A DNA stretch of 64,000 nt from assembly GCA_046727735.1 (NCBI GenBank), contig JBKPDF010000007.1, forward strand, positions 61,964 to 125,963. Direction: 5' to 3'. Shown here piece by piece: positions 53,499 to 64,000 of the stretch; the first letter of the stretch is position 1, and each line of letters begins with the position of its first letter. The DNA is from Pseudomonadota bacterium (GTDB taxonomy: Bacteria; Pseudomonadota; Alphaproteobacteria; Rhizobiales; Xanthobacteraceae). The position numbers and the translations under genes were made by a program. A model generated the notes under the pieces. It did not search any database and had not been told where the DNA came from. It was given only the letters and a program-made list of their open reading frames with translations.

Positions 53499-54692
53499 TC
53501 AGGAAACCGCGCCCCGGATCGCGCCGACGAGGTCCGTCTTCTCCCAGGAAAAGCCGCCATCGTTCTCCGGCTGGCGCCCGAAATGCCCGTAAGCAGCGGT
53601 GCGCGCGTAGATCGGCCGATTGAGTCCGAGGTGCTCGCGGATGCCGCGCGGCGAGAGGTCCATCACCGCACCGAGCGCCTTCTCGACGCGTGCTTCGGGA
53701 AGCTCCCCCGTCCCGTGCAGGTCGACGTAGAGCGAAAGCGGTTTCGACACGCCGATCGCGTACGAGAGCTGAAGGGTGCAGCGCGAGGCTATTCCGGCCG
53801 CGACCACGTTCTTGGCGAGATAGCGCGCCGCATAGGCCGCCGACCGATCGACCTTGGAGGGGTCCTTGCCGGAAAACGCGCCGCCGCCGTGCGGCGCCGC
53901 GCCTCCGTAGGTGTCCACGATGATCTTCCGCCCAGTCAGGCCGCAATCGCCGTCCGGCCCGCCGATCACGAACTTGCCGGTCGGATTGACGTGCCAGATC
54001 GTCGACTTCGAGATCCAATCTTGCGGCAGCGCCTTGCGCACGTAGGGCTCGACGATCGCCTGCACGTCATGGGAGGACAGGTGCTCGTCGAGATGCTGGG
54101 TCGACACCACGATCTGCGTGGCTTCGACCGGCTTGCCGTCCTCGTAGCGCACCGTGACCTGGCTCTTCGCGTCCGGGCCGAGCGCCTTCGTCTCGCCGGA
54201 TCGGCGCGCTTCGGACAGGAGCTTCAGGATGCGGTGGGCATAGTAGATCGGCGCCGGCATCAGCTCCGGAGTCTCGGTGCAAGCATAGCCGAACATGATC
54301 CCCTGGTCGCCGGCACCCTCGTCCTTGTTGCCGACCGAATCGACTCCTTGCGCAATGTCGGCGGATTGCGCGTGCAGATATACGGAGATGTCCGCCTTCT
54401 CCCAATGGAACCCGTTCTGCTCGTAGCCGATGTCGCGGATCGCGAGCCGTGCGACGTGCGCCACGTAGTCCCGCGTGATCTCGGCCGGACCGCGCGTCTC
54501 TCCGGCGATGATCACCCGATTGGTGGTGGCCAGCGTCTCGCACGCGACGCGGACCTTGCCGGGATCCCAGCCGTGGCGCGGCGCGAGCTCGAAGAACGCG
54601 TCCACCACCTCGTCGGAAATCCGGTCGCACACCTTGTCCGGGTGACCTTCGGCCACCGACTCGCTGGTGAACAGATAGCTGTTGCGTGACAC
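53499..54692 (-). CDS. metK: S-adenosylmethionine synthetase
   Basis: The GTG start at 54692 gives (M)[26 protein letters not shown]. Motifs [12 protein letters not shown] and [19 protein letters not shown] are present. Confidence 0.96.
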   Translation of the reverse strand: MSRNSYLFTSESVAEGHPDKVCDRISDEVVDAFFELAPRHGWDPGKVRVACETLATTNRVIIAGETRGPAEITRDYVAHVARLAIRDIGYEQNGFHWEKADISVYLHAQSADIAQGVDSVGNKDEGAGDQGIMFGYACTETPELMPAPIYYAHRILKLLSEARRSGETKALGPDAKSQVTVRYEDGKPVEATQIVVSTQHLDEHLSSHDVQAIVEPYVRKALPQDWISKSTIWHVNPTGKFVIGGPDGDCGLTGRKIIVDTYGGAAPHGGGAFSGKDPSKVDRSAAYAARYLAKNVVAAGIASRCTLQLSYAIGVSKPLSLYVDLHGTGELPEARVEKALGAVMDLSPRGIREHLGLNRPIYARTAAYGHFGRQPENDGGFSWEKTDLVGAIRGAVS

Positions 54693-54839
54693 TGCGCTCT
54701 CCTCGCCCGCGATCCGGCGGCGATCGGCCGCGGCGGTTGTTGCAGCGTCCGCAGGTGAGGTCAAGAGATCGGATCGAGGCGTCGAGACGGAAGTCCTTGG
54801 CGACGCTCGGCTGCGGTCGAGCGATGGAATTCCCGAGAC

Positions 54840-56435
54840 TCAGGACGCGCGCAACCGGCGGCGGACGAGCACAAGAACTGCGAGGCCGAACAGGATTTTC
54901 ACCGCGACGTCGCCGCCGCGAAGGTAGGGCGTCGGTTCGAGCCGTTGCGGCAGGCCGGAATCGATCACGCCCTCGGCCCCGAGCGGCAGCGCTTTGACGA
55001 TTCGCCCGAACGGATCGACGACCGCGGAAATGCCGGTGTTCGCCGCGCGGACCAGCGGCAAGCCCTGCTCGATCGCGCGCAGGCGCGCCTGCTGAAAATG
55101 CTGGTAGGGGCCCGAGCTGTTACCGAACCAGGCGTCGTTGGTGACGTTGAGCAGCCAATCCGGGCGTTCGCCTTTCGGGACGGCTTCGTCAGGAAAGATG
55201 ATCTCGTAGCAGATCAGCGGCAGGAACGAGGGAGCGCCTTTCAATGCCAAGGCGCGGCGACGATCGCCGGCCAAAAACCCGCCCTGCACTTTCGTGAGCT
55301 GCATCAGCCCGAGACTTTCCAGGAAATCCTGGAACGGCAGATATTCGCCGAACGGCACCAGATGCACCTTGTCGTAAACGGCGAGCACCGACCCGTCGGT
55401 GTCGATGACATAGATCGAATTGAACGCATGGAGCGCGTCCTCATGCGCCGGCTCCGCGAGCCGCGCGGCTCCCGTGATAAGCACGGTGCGGTTCGCCAGC
55501 AGGGCGGCGATCTGCGCCAGCGCCTCGGGCTCGCGCGTCAAGAGGAATGGAAATGCGGATTCCGGCCAGATCAGATGCGTCACATCCCGGAGTGAAGCCG
55601 ACCCGTCCTCGCCATGCTCGGAGAGCGCAAGATAACGGCTCATCACCTGCTGCTTTGCCGAATAATTGAACTTGTCGTCCTGCGGCAGATTCGGCTGCAT
55701 GATCCGCAGCTGCACGCCCGATACGAAATTCTGCGGTGCTCTCGCCAATCGTATGGCGCCATAACTCGCGAGCGCGGCAAGCGCCGAGAGCGCCAGCACG
55801 GGCGCGAGCCAGATGCGCGTGTGATCTGCTGGATCGTCGGTGAGGACGGCGGGGCTCGCAAACATCAGCACCGCCAAGAACGTCAGCCCCCACAGCCCGA
55901 CGAGCGCCGCACTTTGCGCGAGCGTCAGCGAGCCGGCGAGCGCATAGCCGAACGCGTTCCACGGAAATCCGCTCAGCGCATGGCCGCGAATCCATTCGGA
56001 CGCGGTCAGGCCGACCGCGATCGCGACGAGGCGCAGAGGACCGCGCGTCCACAGGGCCCGCGCCAGCGCGAGGCCGAAAGCGGGATAGAGCGCGAGCGCC
56101 GCCGGCAGCCCGACGACGGCGAACGGCAACAGCCAACCGAAGGTCTTGGCATCGACCAGGAGCGCGAAGCCCGTCCAATAGAGGCCCGCCAGGAAATAGC
56201 CGAACCCGAACCACCAGCCCGCGGCCGCGGCGCGACGCATGCCGGGGATTCCGGCGCCGGCGCCGTCGAGCAGCCACACCAGCACCGGGAACGTGAGAAA
56301 CAGCACCGGCCATGCGTTGACGGGTGGAAGCGCCAGGACCGAGAGCGCACCTGCGCCCAATGCGAGCGCGGCGCGGCGCGCGCCCCACGCGAGCACGACC
56401 GAGTAAGCGAGGCGCCTGAACTTCACCCCGCGCAC
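54840..56435 (-). CDS. lnt: apolipoprotein N-acyltransferase
   Basis: N-terminal multi-TM region followed by a nitrilase/CN-hydrolase domain (ICYEIIFPD, NVTNDAWFG). Confidence 0.92.
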   Translation of the reverse strand: MRGVKFRRLAYSVVLAWGARRAALALGAGALSVLALPPVNAWPVLFLTFPVLVWLLDGAGAGIPGMRRAAAAGWWFGFGYFLAGLYWTGFALLVDAKTFGWLLPFAVVGLPAALALYPAFGLALARALWTRGPLRLVAIAVGLTASEWIRGHALSGFPWNAFGYALAGSLTLAQSAALVGLWGLTFLAVLMFASPAVLTDDPADHTRIWLAPVLALSALAALASYGAIRLARAPQNFVSGVQLRIMQPNLPQDDKFNYSAKQQVMSRYLALSEHGEDGSASLRDVTHLIWPESAFPFLLTREPEALAQIAALLANRTVLITGAARLAEPAHEDALHAFNSIYVIDTDGSVLAVYDKVHLVPFGEYLPFQDFLESLGLMQLTKVQGGFLAGDRRRALALKGAPSFLPLICYEIIFPDEAVPKGERPDWLLNVTNDAWFGNSSGPYQHFQQARLRAIEQGLPLVRAANTGISAVVDPFGRIVKALPLGAEGVIDSGLPQRLEPTPYLRGGDVAVKILFGLAVLVLVRRRLRAS

Positions 56436-56440
56436 CCGGC

Positions 56441-57598
56441 TCAGGGGATCACGTCGGATGAGGGCGAGCTGGGAGCACTGCGGGAGCTGCCAGGATCTGT
56501 GCCGGCCTGCGGTGCGGGGGTTTGCGCTCCCTCCGGCTCGGGTTGGCCGTCGCGACGTTTCGTGCGCTCGCGGCGGCTCGACCGTTCTTTGCCGCGGTAG
56601 ATTTTCACTCGCTTCACCCGTCGCGGATCGGCATCGAGCACCTCGATCTCGAATCCGACCGGGCCCGGTACCAGTTCGCCGCGCACCGGCACGCGCCCGA
56701 TCTGCATGACCAGATAGCCGGCCAGCGTGTCGACCTCCTCGGCTACCTTGCCGACGTCGAACTCGGGACCGACGATGCGGCTCACGTCTTCGAGATGGGC
56801 GCGTGCGTCGGCGAGAAACGAGCCGTCCGGCTGGCGAACCGCGGCGGGCATTTCGGTCTCATCATGCTCGTCCTCGATGTCGCCGACGATCTGCTCGACG
56901 ATGTCTTCCATCGAGACGATCCCGTCGGTTCCGCCGTATTCGTCGATGACCAGCGCCAGGTGAATGCGGGTCGCCTGCATCTTGGGCAAGAGGTCGATGG
57001 CGGGCATCGAAGGCGGCACGAACAGGATCTTGCGAATGATGCTGGCGGAGGACAGCGACACCGAGAGGTCGACCGCGTGGAGATCGAGCCCTGCCGGGAA
57101 CGGCCGCTTGCGGCGGCGGTTGACGCTGTCGCGCACGGCGGCGCGCGAAGCCATGAGCGCGATCAGGTCGCGGATATGCACCATGCCGACCGGATCGTCG
57201 AGCGTGTCGTTGTAAACCACGAGGCGGGAGTGGCCGGCGCCCTCGAAAACCTTGATGAGATCGCCGAGCGCGATGTCCTGCTGCACGGCGACGATGTCCG
57301 CGCGCGGCACCATCACGTCCTCGAGCCGCCGCTCGCGCAGCCCGAGGATGTTCTTGAGCATCGCGCGCTCTTCCGGCGAGAACCCGGTCTCGCCGCCGGT
57401 TCCGGCCTCGAGCACCACTTCGAGGTCGGCGCGGATCGAGCCGGGCTTCCAGCCGAACAAGAACCGCAGCATCCGGGTGAACCAGCCGCCGCCGTTGAGC
57501 GCAGCTTCGCCGGCGCGCGGCACCGGAACCGGCAGCGGATAGCCGCCGCTGCGGGCGGCGCTCGATTCATTGCGATTTTGCGCGTCGGTCTCAGCCAT
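56441..57598 (-). CDS. corC: HlyC/CorC family protein (CBS pair plus CorC_HlyC transporter-associated domain)
   Basis: EERAMLKNILGLRERRLEDVMVPRADI, a CBS pair and the C-terminal motif GFEIEVLDADPRRVKRVKI. Confidence 0.88.
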   Translation of the reverse strand: MAETDAQNRNESSAARSGGYPLPVPVPRAGEAALNGGGWFTRMLRFLFGWKPGSIRADLEVVLEAGTGGETGFSPEERAMLKNILGLRERRLEDVMVPRADIVAVQQDIALGDLIKVFEGAGHSRLVVYNDTLDDPVGMVHIRDLIALMASRAAVRDSVNRRRKRPFPAGLDLHAVDLSVSLSSASIIRKILFVPPSMPAIDLLPKMQATRIHLALVIDEYGGTDGIVSMEDIVEQIVGDIEDEHDETEMPAAVRQPDGSFLADARAHLEDVSRIVGPEFDVGKVAEEVDTLAGYLVMQIGRVPVRGELVPGPVGFEIEVLDADPRRVKRVKIYRGKERSSRRERTKRRDGQPEPEGAQTPAPQAGTDPGSSRSAPSSPSSDVIP

Positions 57599-57612
57599 CG
57601 ATGCGAATGGGG

Positions 57613-58116
57613 CTAGATCCCGTAGGGGTCCGGTATGCCGAGCCGCGTGAGGACCTTGCGCTCGACCTCCTCCATCTCCTCGGCGGCGGCATCGAACCGA
57701 TGATCGTAGCCCAGGAGATGCAGAAAGCCATGCACCGCAAGATGGCTAAGATGATGGGCGAGCGGCCGCCCTTGCGCCTGAGCCTCGCGAAGCGCCGTCT
57801 CGTAGGAGATCGCGATGTCGCCCAAATGCTTGGGAACGAGCGAGGGCATTTCGGCGCTCGGGAAGGAGAGCACGTTGGTCGGCCGGTCTTTGCCGCGCCA
57901 CGTGCGGTTCAAGGCGCGCAGCGCCGCGTCGGCGGCGATCAGCACACCGAGCGAGCCCTCGACCGGTCCCGCCGCGGCGTTCGCGACGCGGACCGCGCGT
58001 GCGACGACGTCGCGAGCGTCGGGGGCAGCGGCCGCGGCCGCCGGCTCGACCGCGATTTCCAGCAGCATAGCGTCGCCTGAGGCCGCAATTTCGTGCGCCC
58101 GAGAAGGTACGGTCAC
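57613..58116 (-). CDS. ybeY: rRNA maturation endoribonuclease YbeY
   Basis: Zinc motif HLAVHGFLHLLGYDH and TNVLSFP. The GTG start at 58116 overlaps the phoH stop (GTGA). Confidence 0.93.
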   Translation of the reverse strand: MTVPSRAHEIAASGDAMLLEIAVEPAAAAAAPDARDVVARAVRVANAAAGPVEGSLGVLIAADAALRALNRTWRGKDRPTNVLSFPSAEMPSLVPKHLGDIAISYETALREAQAQGRPLAHHLSHLAVHGFLHLLGYDHRFDAAAEEMEEVERKVLTRLGIPDPYGI

Positions 58117-59144
58117 GATTTGCCGTCCCGATCCGCCCGGTCATAGGCTTCGACGATCCGCGCGACGAGATCGTTGCGCACCACGTCCTCGTGCGTGAAC
58201 GACACGTGGCCGACGCCTTCGACCTGCGACACGAGCCGCACCGCCTCGATCAGTCCGGATCGCTGGCCCGGCGGCAAATCGATTTGGCTCGGATCCCCGG
58301 TCACGATCATGCGGCTGTTTTCGCCGAGCCGCGTGAGAAACATCTTCATCTGCATGGCGCTGGTGTTCTGGGCCTCGTCGAGAATCACCACCGCGTTCGA
58401 GAGCGTGCGCCCGCGCATGAATGCCAGCGGCGCGATCTCGATCTCGCCGGTCTGCAGCGCCCGCTCGACGATGCGCGCATCCATCATGTCGAACAGCGCG
58501 TCGTAGATCGGCCGCAGATACGGATCGACCTTCTCCCGCATGTCGCCCGGCAGGAACCCGAGTCGCTCCCCCGCCTCGACCGCCGGGCGTGAGAGAATGA
58601 TGCGGTCGACCTCCTTGCGCTCGAACAACTGCACCGCGTACGCGACGGCAAGCCAGGTTTTTCCCGTGCCGGCCGGTCCGGTGCCGAATACCAGCGTCCA
58701 GCGTCGGAGCGCGCGCAAATAGGCGTCCTGGCCGGGCGTGCGCGCGCGCACCGTGCGCTTGCGCAAATTGATCTCCTCGAAATTGCGCCGGGAGGTCTCG
58801 GGATCGAAATCGAACAGCGAGCCCTGTGAGATCGCCAGCCGAATCGCGCCCTCGACGTCCCCCGCGCTGAGCTCGGCGCCCCGCTTGAGCTGCTCGTACA
58901 GGCCTTCGAGCACGCGCCGCGCCTGCTCGCAGGCTTCGCGCGAGCCCTCGATCGTCACCTGATTGCCGCGGGAATCGGCGATCACGCCGAGCCGGCGTTC
59001 GAGCGAGGCGAGATGCTGCCCGTATTGGCCGAACAACGCCGAAGCGAGACGATTGTCGTCGAACGTCGTGACGATCTGCGTCGCTCCCTCGCGGAATTCT
59101 CCGCCTGGAACGAACTGGCCGGGATCCGTCGTGTACCTGGGCAA
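58113..59144 (-). CDS. phoH: PhoH-like ATPase
   Basis: Walker A GPAGTGKTWLAV, ILSRPAVEAGERLGFLPGD and VILDEAQN. Confidence 0.94.
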   Translation of the reverse strand: MPRYTTDPGQFVPGGEFREGATQIVTTFDDNRLASALFGQYGQHLASLERRLGVIADSRGNQVTIEGSREACEQARRVLEGLYEQLKRGAELSAGDVEGAIRLAISQGSLFDFDPETSRRNFEEINLRKRTVRARTPGQDAYLRALRRWTLVFGTGPAGTGKTWLAVAYAVQLFERKEVDRIILSRPAVEAGERLGFLPGDMREKVDPYLRPIYDALFDMMDARIVERALQTGEIEIAPLAFMRGRTLSNAVVILDEAQNTSAMQMKMFLTRLGENSRMIVTGDPSQIDLPPGQRSGLIEAVRLVSQVEGVGHVSFTHEDVVRNDLVARIVEAYDRADRDGKS

Positions 59145-59150
59145 GGTGTT

Positions 59151-60548
59151 TCAGTTTCCTGCCGCCAGCCGCGGTTCCGTTCGCCCGCTCCGCTGCGCCG
59201 GGGGCGACAGGATGCCGAACAGGCTGTTCGCACCGATTTCCGCAATGTGCACCGGTACGATATCGCCGATTCGGCTTTCCGGCAGCATGACATGGACGGG
59301 CTGCAGATAGGGCGAACGTCCCACGAGCTGACCCGCGCGCCGGCCCGGCTTTTCCAGGAGGATGTCGAGTGTCGTACCGAGCGAGCGGGCATTGAATGCC
59401 GCCTGATGCCGATCGATCGCGGCCTGAAGCCGGGTCAGCCGTTCGTGCTTCACCGGCTCGGCAACCTGATCAGCGCATTCGGCAGCCGGCGTGCCGGGAC
59501 GCGGCGAATATTTGAACGAGAACGCGCCCGCATAGCCGACCTCCTCGACGAGGCTCAGCGTCTCGCGGAAATCGCCCTCGGTTTCGCCCGGGAAGCCGAC
59601 GATGAAGTCCGACGAAAACGCCATGTCGGCTCGGGCATGGCGCATGCGTGAGAGAGTGCGCAAATAATCGCGCCGGGTATGCCGGCGATTCATCGCGGCG
59701 AGCACGCGATCGGAGCCGGATTGCACCGGCAGATGCAGATAGGGCATCAGCTCCGGTAGATCGCGATGCGCGGCCATGAGGCTGTCGTCGACGTCGCCTG
59801 GGTGGCTCGTGGTATAGCGCACGCGCGCGATGCCGCTGACCTTCACCACGCGATGCAACAGCCGGCCCAAGGTCCAGGCACGACCGTCCGGTCCCTCGCC
59901 GTGATAGGCGTTGACGTTCTGGCCGATCAGAGTCACCTCGCGCACACCGGCTCGCGCCAGGCGCTCAACCTCGGCGATGATCTTCGCCACCGGGCGGGAG
60001 ATTTCGGCGCCGCGGGTATACGGCACCACGCAGAACGTGCAGAACTTGTCGCAGCCTTCCTGCACGGTGACGAATGCCGAGACGCCGCGGCGCCGGATGG
60101 CGTCGCGGTCCGCGGGCGGGAGCGCATCGAACTTGCTCTCGGTCGGGAATTCGGTGTCGACGAGCTTGCCCTGGCGCCTCGCTCGGTCGAGCAGCGCGGG
60201 CAGGCGGTGGTAATTCTGCGGCCCGACCACGACATCGACCGCCGGTGCCCGGCGCAAAATCTCTTCGCCTTCCGCCTGAGCGACGCAGCCCGCTACCACG
60301 ATGCTCATCGGCCGGCCTTTGGCCGCTGCGTGCTTTTTCCACCTGCGGATCCGGCCGAGCTCCGAATAGACCTTTTCGGCGGCCTTTTCGCGGATATGGC
60401 AGGTGTTGAGGATCAGGAGCTCGGCATCCTCGGCCGCGGCGGTTTCGACGAATCCTTCGTGAGCCAGCAGATCCGCCATACGCTGCGAGTCGTAGGCGTT
60501 CATCTGGCAGCCGTAGGATTTGACGTGAAGCTTCCGGGTTGCGCTCAT
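59151..60548 (-). CDS. miaB: tRNA-2-methylthio-N6-dimethylallyladenosine synthase
   Basis: [16 protein letters not shown] (MTTase N-domain), radical SAM motif [16 protein letters not shown] and a C-terminal TRAM domain. Confidence 0.96.
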   Translation of the reverse strand: MSATRKLHVKSYGCQMNAYDSQRMADLLAHEGFVETAAAEDAELLILNTCHIREKAAEKVYSELGRIRRWKKHAAAKGRPMSIVVAGCVAQAEGEEILRRAPAVDVVVGPQNYHRLPALLDRARRQGKLVDTEFPTESKFDALPPADRDAIRRRGVSAFVTVQEGCDKFCTFCVVPYTRGAEISRPVAKIIAEVERLARAGVREVTLIGQNVNAYHGEGPDGRAWTLGRLLHRVVKVSGIARVRYTTSHPGDVDDSLMAAHRDLPELMPYLHLPVQSGSDRVLAAMNRRHTRRDYLRTLSRMRHARADMAFSSDFIVGFPGETEGDFRETLSLVEEVGYAGAFSFKYSPRPGTPAAECADQVAEPVKHERLTRLQAAIDRHQAAFNARSLGTTLDILLEKPGRRAGQLVGRSPYLQPVHVMLPESRIGDIVPVHIAEIGANSLFGILSPPAQRSGRTEPRLAAGN

Positions 60549-61501
60549 GCCGCTTGGGTCGACGTCGATCCGGGCCGCTCGGGCTCACGGCGCATCTCGG
60601 CGGCTTCCGCTGCTTGCGTCATACCCTGATCGCGGTCGGGGGCTCCTCTTACCGGCTTTTTCCGCAAAAAGGAACGCCGGGCGCTCGGCTGCGGCCTCGG
60701 GTTCCGCAAGGCCGCGACCGTGAGACCGCCCACGGTTGATTCCAACGATTTTGCCAAAATTTTCCGATCGGTCTGCGCCTCGACGGCAACCGGCTCGCCC
60801 CAGGTCAGGACGATGTCGAAGGCACCCTCCCGAAGCACCCGAATCAAATGCGGCATCAGCGCCATGTCGCCATACCAGGCGGCCGCCGGCCGGTGCAGGC
60901 GTCCCATCGGCAATCCGTGCAGCCGCGTATATGCAACCGACAGCGGCTGAATGAGGACCCGGCCGGAATGTTCCGCTCCGGCGAGCGCGTCACGAGCGGC
61001 ACCGATCAGCGCCGAGCGAAACGGCAGCACGCGGTTGCCGTCGCTCGAAGTCCCCTCGGCGAACAGCACGACGGGATCGCCCTCGGCGAGCCGGCGCGCG
61101 ATCTGCGCATTGACCTCGCCGGTTTGGCGCCGGCGCGCGCGGTCGACGAACACCGAGCGCTGCAGTTTCGCAAGAAGCCCGAACAGCGGCCAGCTCGCGA
61201 CTTCGCGCTTGGCCACGAACACGACCGGCGCCGCCGCGGTGATCACCGGGATATCGAGCCAGGAGCAATGATTGGCGACGACCAGCAGCGGGTGCCCGCG
61301 CACCCTTGCACCGCGTTCGCGAACACGCAGGCCGATCAAGCGGCAGAGCGCGCGATGGTAGAACACCGGGATCCAGCGGCGGGTCGGCAGCTTCAGCGCC
61401 ACCGACACGTATTGCAGCGGAAGAAGCGCGAGTGTGACGGCGCACACCGCACAGAGGACCACGATCGCTCGAAGCATGAATATTTTCCGCACGAGCGACA
61501 T
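60545..61501 (-). CDS. lysophospholipid acyltransferase (1-acyl-sn-glycerol-3-phosphate acyltransferase family)
   Basis: N-terminal TM helix, HX4D motif ANHCSWLD and FAEGTSSDG. Its 3' end overlaps the miaB start by 4 nt. Confidence 0.85.
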   Translation of the reverse strand: MSLVRKIFMLRAIVVLCAVCAVTLALLPLQYVSVALKLPTRRWIPVFYHRALCRLIGLRVRERGARVRGHPLLVVANHCSWLDIPVITAAAPVVFVAKREVASWPLFGLLAKLQRSVFVDRARRRQTGEVNAQIARRLAEGDPVVLFAEGTSSDGNRVLPFRSALIGAARDALAGAEHSGRVLIQPLSVAYTRLHGLPMGRLHRPAAAWYGDMALMPHLIRVLREGAFDIVLTWGEPVAVEAQTDRKILAKSLESTVGGLTVAALRNPRPQPSARRSFLRKKPVRGAPDRDQGMTQAAEAAEMRREPERPGSTSTQAA

Positions 61502-61598
61502 CGCACATTCCTGAACGGGGGTGCTGCGGTGCTTCCCAGGATTGGCGATGTCTATGCCTGGAACTCTTAGGAGACCCAGCCGAGTCCGTCCATGCGGG

Positions 61599-62081
61599 TC
61601 AAACGAGATCGCGCCGCAGCACGAGCGCGCGCGAGCCGCCGCCCGGCCGGCGATAATAAGCTTCGCGTCGGCCAACTTCGCGAAAATGCCGACGCGCGTA
61701 CAATTTTCGAGCCGCTACATTGTCTTCGTCCACCTCGAGGAAAACCGCCCGCGCCCCGCGCCCGGCGAGCGCCCGCAGATGATGGTCGAGCAGCCGGCCG
61801 GCCAGTCCCCGGCCGCGCTGCGAAGCCGTCACTGCGACCGAAAGGATTTCCGCCTCATCCGCCGCCAGGCGCGAAAGGATGAACCCGAGATTGCGTCCGG
61901 CGCGCCCGGACGCGAGCCGATGTGCCAGCACGTTGCGGTCAATCAGCAGCCGCTCGAATTCATTCTCGCTCCAGCCGTGCGCGAAGGAGGCCGCGTGCAG
62001 CTTGGCTAAGCTCGGCGCATCGCGGGGCCCGGCCGGCGCAAGCTGCGGGGCGGCGCGCGCGAACAGCCGGAACAGGTTCAT
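61599..62081 (-). CDS. rimI: ribosomal-protein-alanine N-acetyltransferase
   Basis: GNAT acetyl-CoA motif QRGRGLAGRLL. ATG at 62081 overlaps the tsaB stop (ATGA). Confidence 0.85.
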   Translation of the reverse strand: MNLFRLFARAAPQLAPAGPRDAPSLAKLHAASFAHGWSENEFERLLIDRNVLAHRLASGRAGRNLGFILSRLAADEAEILSVAVTASQRGRGLAGRLLDHHLRALAGRGARAVFLEVDEDNVAARKLYARRHFREVGRREAYYRRPGGGSRALVLRRDLV

Positions 62082-62752
62082 CGCCGCGGCAGTCGCGCCG
62101 CATCCTGGGGCCGCGCATCCGGGCGGCGCAGGTAAAGCGGCTTGGGGAGCGCGCGGGCTGCATCCGCCGCGGCCCCGAGGCGAGCAATGGCGGCGATCTG
62201 CGGCGCCGCTTCGCCCTCGCTTCTCGGCACCGGCACGCCGTGCGGCCATTGCCGGGCAAGGAGCGCCGCACCGGACCCGACCATGACGGCGGCGCCGCTC
62301 GCCGCGCGCAGCGCTTCCGGTACGGGTGCGAGGCGCGGTGTGACCAGGACGCGACCGCCCGGCCCGAACACTTCCAGATAGACCTGGTCGTGCCGCGCAT
62401 CGATGGCGGCGACCACAGGCCTGGTTTCAGCCGGAACCAGGAAAGGGGCGGCCAGGGCCGCGAGCGTCGAAACGCCGACCGCCTGCTTGCCGGCCGCAAG
62501 CGCAATGCCACGGGCAGCGGCGATTCCGACCCGCAATCCGGTGAAACTGCCGGGTCCGACGGTGACGGCGATGCGGTCGAGATCGGAAAACCGCAGCGCC
62601 GCCTGGTTCATGACACGCGCAAGGAGCGGCATCAGGGCTTCGGCATGCCCTCGAGCCATGGCGATGCTTTCCTGCGCCAACACGCGATCCGGCGTCTCGA
62701 TGACCCCCGCCGCGCAAACTTCGAGCGCGGTGTCGATCGCCAGGATTCGCAT
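62078..62752 (-). CDS. tsaB: tRNA t6A biosynthesis protein TsaB
   Basis: MRILAIDTALEVCAAGV...VTVGPGSFTGLRVGIAAARG. Confidence 0.9.
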   Translation of the reverse strand: MRILAIDTALEVCAAGVIETPDRVLAQESIAMARGHAEALMPLLARVMNQAALRFSDLDRIAVTVGPGSFTGLRVGIAAARGIALAAGKQAVGVSTLAALAAPFLVPAETRPVVAAIDARHDQVYLEVFGPGGRVLVTPRLAPVPEALRAASGAAVMVGSGAALLARQWPHGVPVPRSEGEAAPQIAAIARLGAAADAARALPKPLYLRRPDARPQDAARLPRR

Positions 62753-62873
62753 GTTCCCCGCCCTGCAGCCCGCGCAATGCAATACCGCGCGGGATCATAC
62801 CATTCCGCGGCCGACGCCCGCCGGGATCGAGCCAGCGAGCGCATTCCGGCGCGCGGGAGCGCGGCACGGCCGA

Positions 62874-63431
62874 TCAGACCGGGCGAACCTCGGTGACCTC
62901 GGGGATGAAATGGCGCAGCAGGTTTTGGATGCCGTGGCGCAGCGTTGCGGTCGAGGACGGGCAGCCGGAGCACGCGCCCTTCATGGCCAGGTAGACCACG
63001 CCGTCCTTGTAGCCGCGGAACGTGATGTCGCCGCCGTCGCCGGCGACCGCCGGGCGCACGCGGGTCTCGATCAGCTCCTTGATCGTGGCGACGGTCTCGG
63101 CGTCATCCGCAGCGAAGAATTCCTCGGCGGCGGCCGGGCGTTCGACATTAGCGCGCACGATCGGGGCGCCCGACATGTAGTGTTCCATGATCGCGCCGAG
63201 GATCGCGGGCTTGAGATGCTGCCATTCGCCCGTCGACTTGGTGACGGTGATGAAATCGCTGCCGAAAAACACGCCGCTCACGCCGGGAACTTCGAACAAC
63301 CGTTCGGCGAGGGGGGATTGGGCGGCCTGTTCGGGGTCGGGCATGTCGAGCGTGCCCTGCGCGAGTACGGTGCGTCCGGGCAGAAATTTCAGCGTTGCCG
63401 GGTTCGGCGTCGCTTCGGTCTGAATGAACAT
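62874..63431 (-). CDS. NifU-family Fe-S cluster scaffold/carrier (Nfu_N plus NifU C-terminal domain)
   Basis: MFIQTEATPNPATLKFLPG (Nfu_N) and CSGCPSS in the C-terminal NifU domain. Confidence 0.9.
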   Translation of the reverse strand: MFIQTEATPNPATLKFLPGRTVLAQGTLDMPDPEQAAQSPLAERLFEVPGVSGVFFGSDFITVTKSTGEWQHLKPAILGAIMEHYMSGAPIVRANVERPAAAEEFFAADDAETVATIKELIETRVRPAVAGDGGDITFRGYKDGVVYLAMKGACSGCPSSTATLRHGIQNLLRHFIPEVTEVRPV

Positions 63432-63532
63432 GAGCTCCTCTCTTGGTCGACGCGGGAGCAAAGGCCCGCGCGGCCGATCTCGTTGTACTAATTGGGGCTT
63501 TACGACGAAAGGTCAATGCGCCAATGCGCCGT

Positions 63533-63640
63533 CCTCCTTCCCCGCCAGGGGAGGGTCGGCGCCGAAGGCGCCGGGGTAGGGATTCTTCCCCACCCGGCTC
63601 GCGCGCTCCGCGCGCCAGCCGACCTCCCCTCCGGGGAGGT
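63533..63640. repeat. cluster of short GC hairpins (REP-like) between the usp-like and nifU-like genes
   Basis: Four hairpins are read directly: TCCCC-GCCA-GGGGA, CGGCGCC-GAA-GGCGCCG, GCGCGC-TCC-GCGCGC and CTCCCC-TCC-GGGGAG. Confidence 0.5.
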
Positions 63641-63645
63641 ATGGC

Positions 63646-64000
63646 TCATGACATCGCGTCGAGGTCCTCGTCGCTCAGGTGCCCGGGCACGATCGCGACC
63701 GGGATCGGGAAGGTGCCGGCGGTCTTCCCGAGATTGGAGACGAGCGGACCTGGGCCCTCGGTTCCGGTTCCTGCCGCGAGCACCAGGATGGCGATGTCTT
63801 CGTCCTCGTCGATCAGATCGAGGATTTCCTGGGCCTTCTCGCCGTCGCGGATCGCGCGCTCGGGCGTGATCCCGGCGGCGCCGTTGGCGCGCGTGGCAAA
63901 GCGGTCGAGAATGGCGTTGGCGGCCTCCTGGGCTTCCGCCTTCATGAGATCGGCAACCCCGAGCCATTGCTGGTGGCGATCGTGCGGCTCGATGACGAGC
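63646..64000 (-). CDS. universal stress protein family, C-terminal part (5' end outside the window)
   Basis: The frame stays open to the window edge. ILVLAAGTGTEGPGPLVS and PVAIVPGHLSDEDLD resemble the conserved alphaproteobacterial USP-like family. Confidence 0.7.
   Translation of the reverse strand, partial: LVIEPHDRHQQWLGVADLMKAEAQEAANAILDRFATRANGAAGITPERAIRDGEKAQEILDLIDEDEDIAILVLAAGTGTEGPGPLVSNLGKTAGTFPIPVAIVPGHLSDEDLDAMS

Overview
This is a GC-rich, gene-dense chromosomal segment. I call 57 protein-coding genes (one of them a decayed toxin gene). I saw no rRNA, tRNA, CRISPR array, transposase or integrase. Gene content and order look like the core chromosome of an alphaproteobacterium of the Hyphomicrobiales, Bradyrhizobium/Rhodopseudomonas/Afipia-like. 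Supporting synteny blocks are trpA-accD-folC, trxA-addA-addB, dut-coaBC-ubiB-ubiE opposite mutM, irr next to fabA-fabB-fabI, rimP-nusA-infB-rbfA-truB-rpsO-pnp, and tsaB-rimI-plsC-miaB-phoH-ybeY-corC-lnt-metK-trmB. Irr carries a GCPWHD heme-regulatory motif, and the large palindromic intergenic repeats are of a type I recall as typical for this group. That taxonomic call is an inference from synteny and recall, not a search result. Most of the window is housekeeping. I did not find convincing evidence for an entirely new multi-gene system, and I say so rather than inflate a claim. The items most worth a second look are: (1) a sensor kinase whose phospho-accepting His is replaced by Tyr (DivL-type pseudokinase); (2) a near-consensus promoter followed by a strong intrinsic terminator inside the leader of rimP-nusA-infB, a candidate attenuator or small RNA; (3) a TetR/RND efflux operon with the same TGACGA-N10-TCGTCAC operator placed over two promoters; (4) a DUF433/PIN-like toxin-antitoxin pair in which the toxin gene appears decayed by a 1-nt frameshift plus an internal deletion; (5) a possible small RNA gene, antisense-oriented, in the murU/amgK spacer; and (6) a variable 4.4-kb insert between fabI and pnp that carries an orphan PflX-type radical SAM gene divergent from an F420-type LLM oxidoreductase. 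Many long ORFs in the six-frame track are antisense or out-of-frame shadows of real genes, as expected at this GC content, and were discarded.
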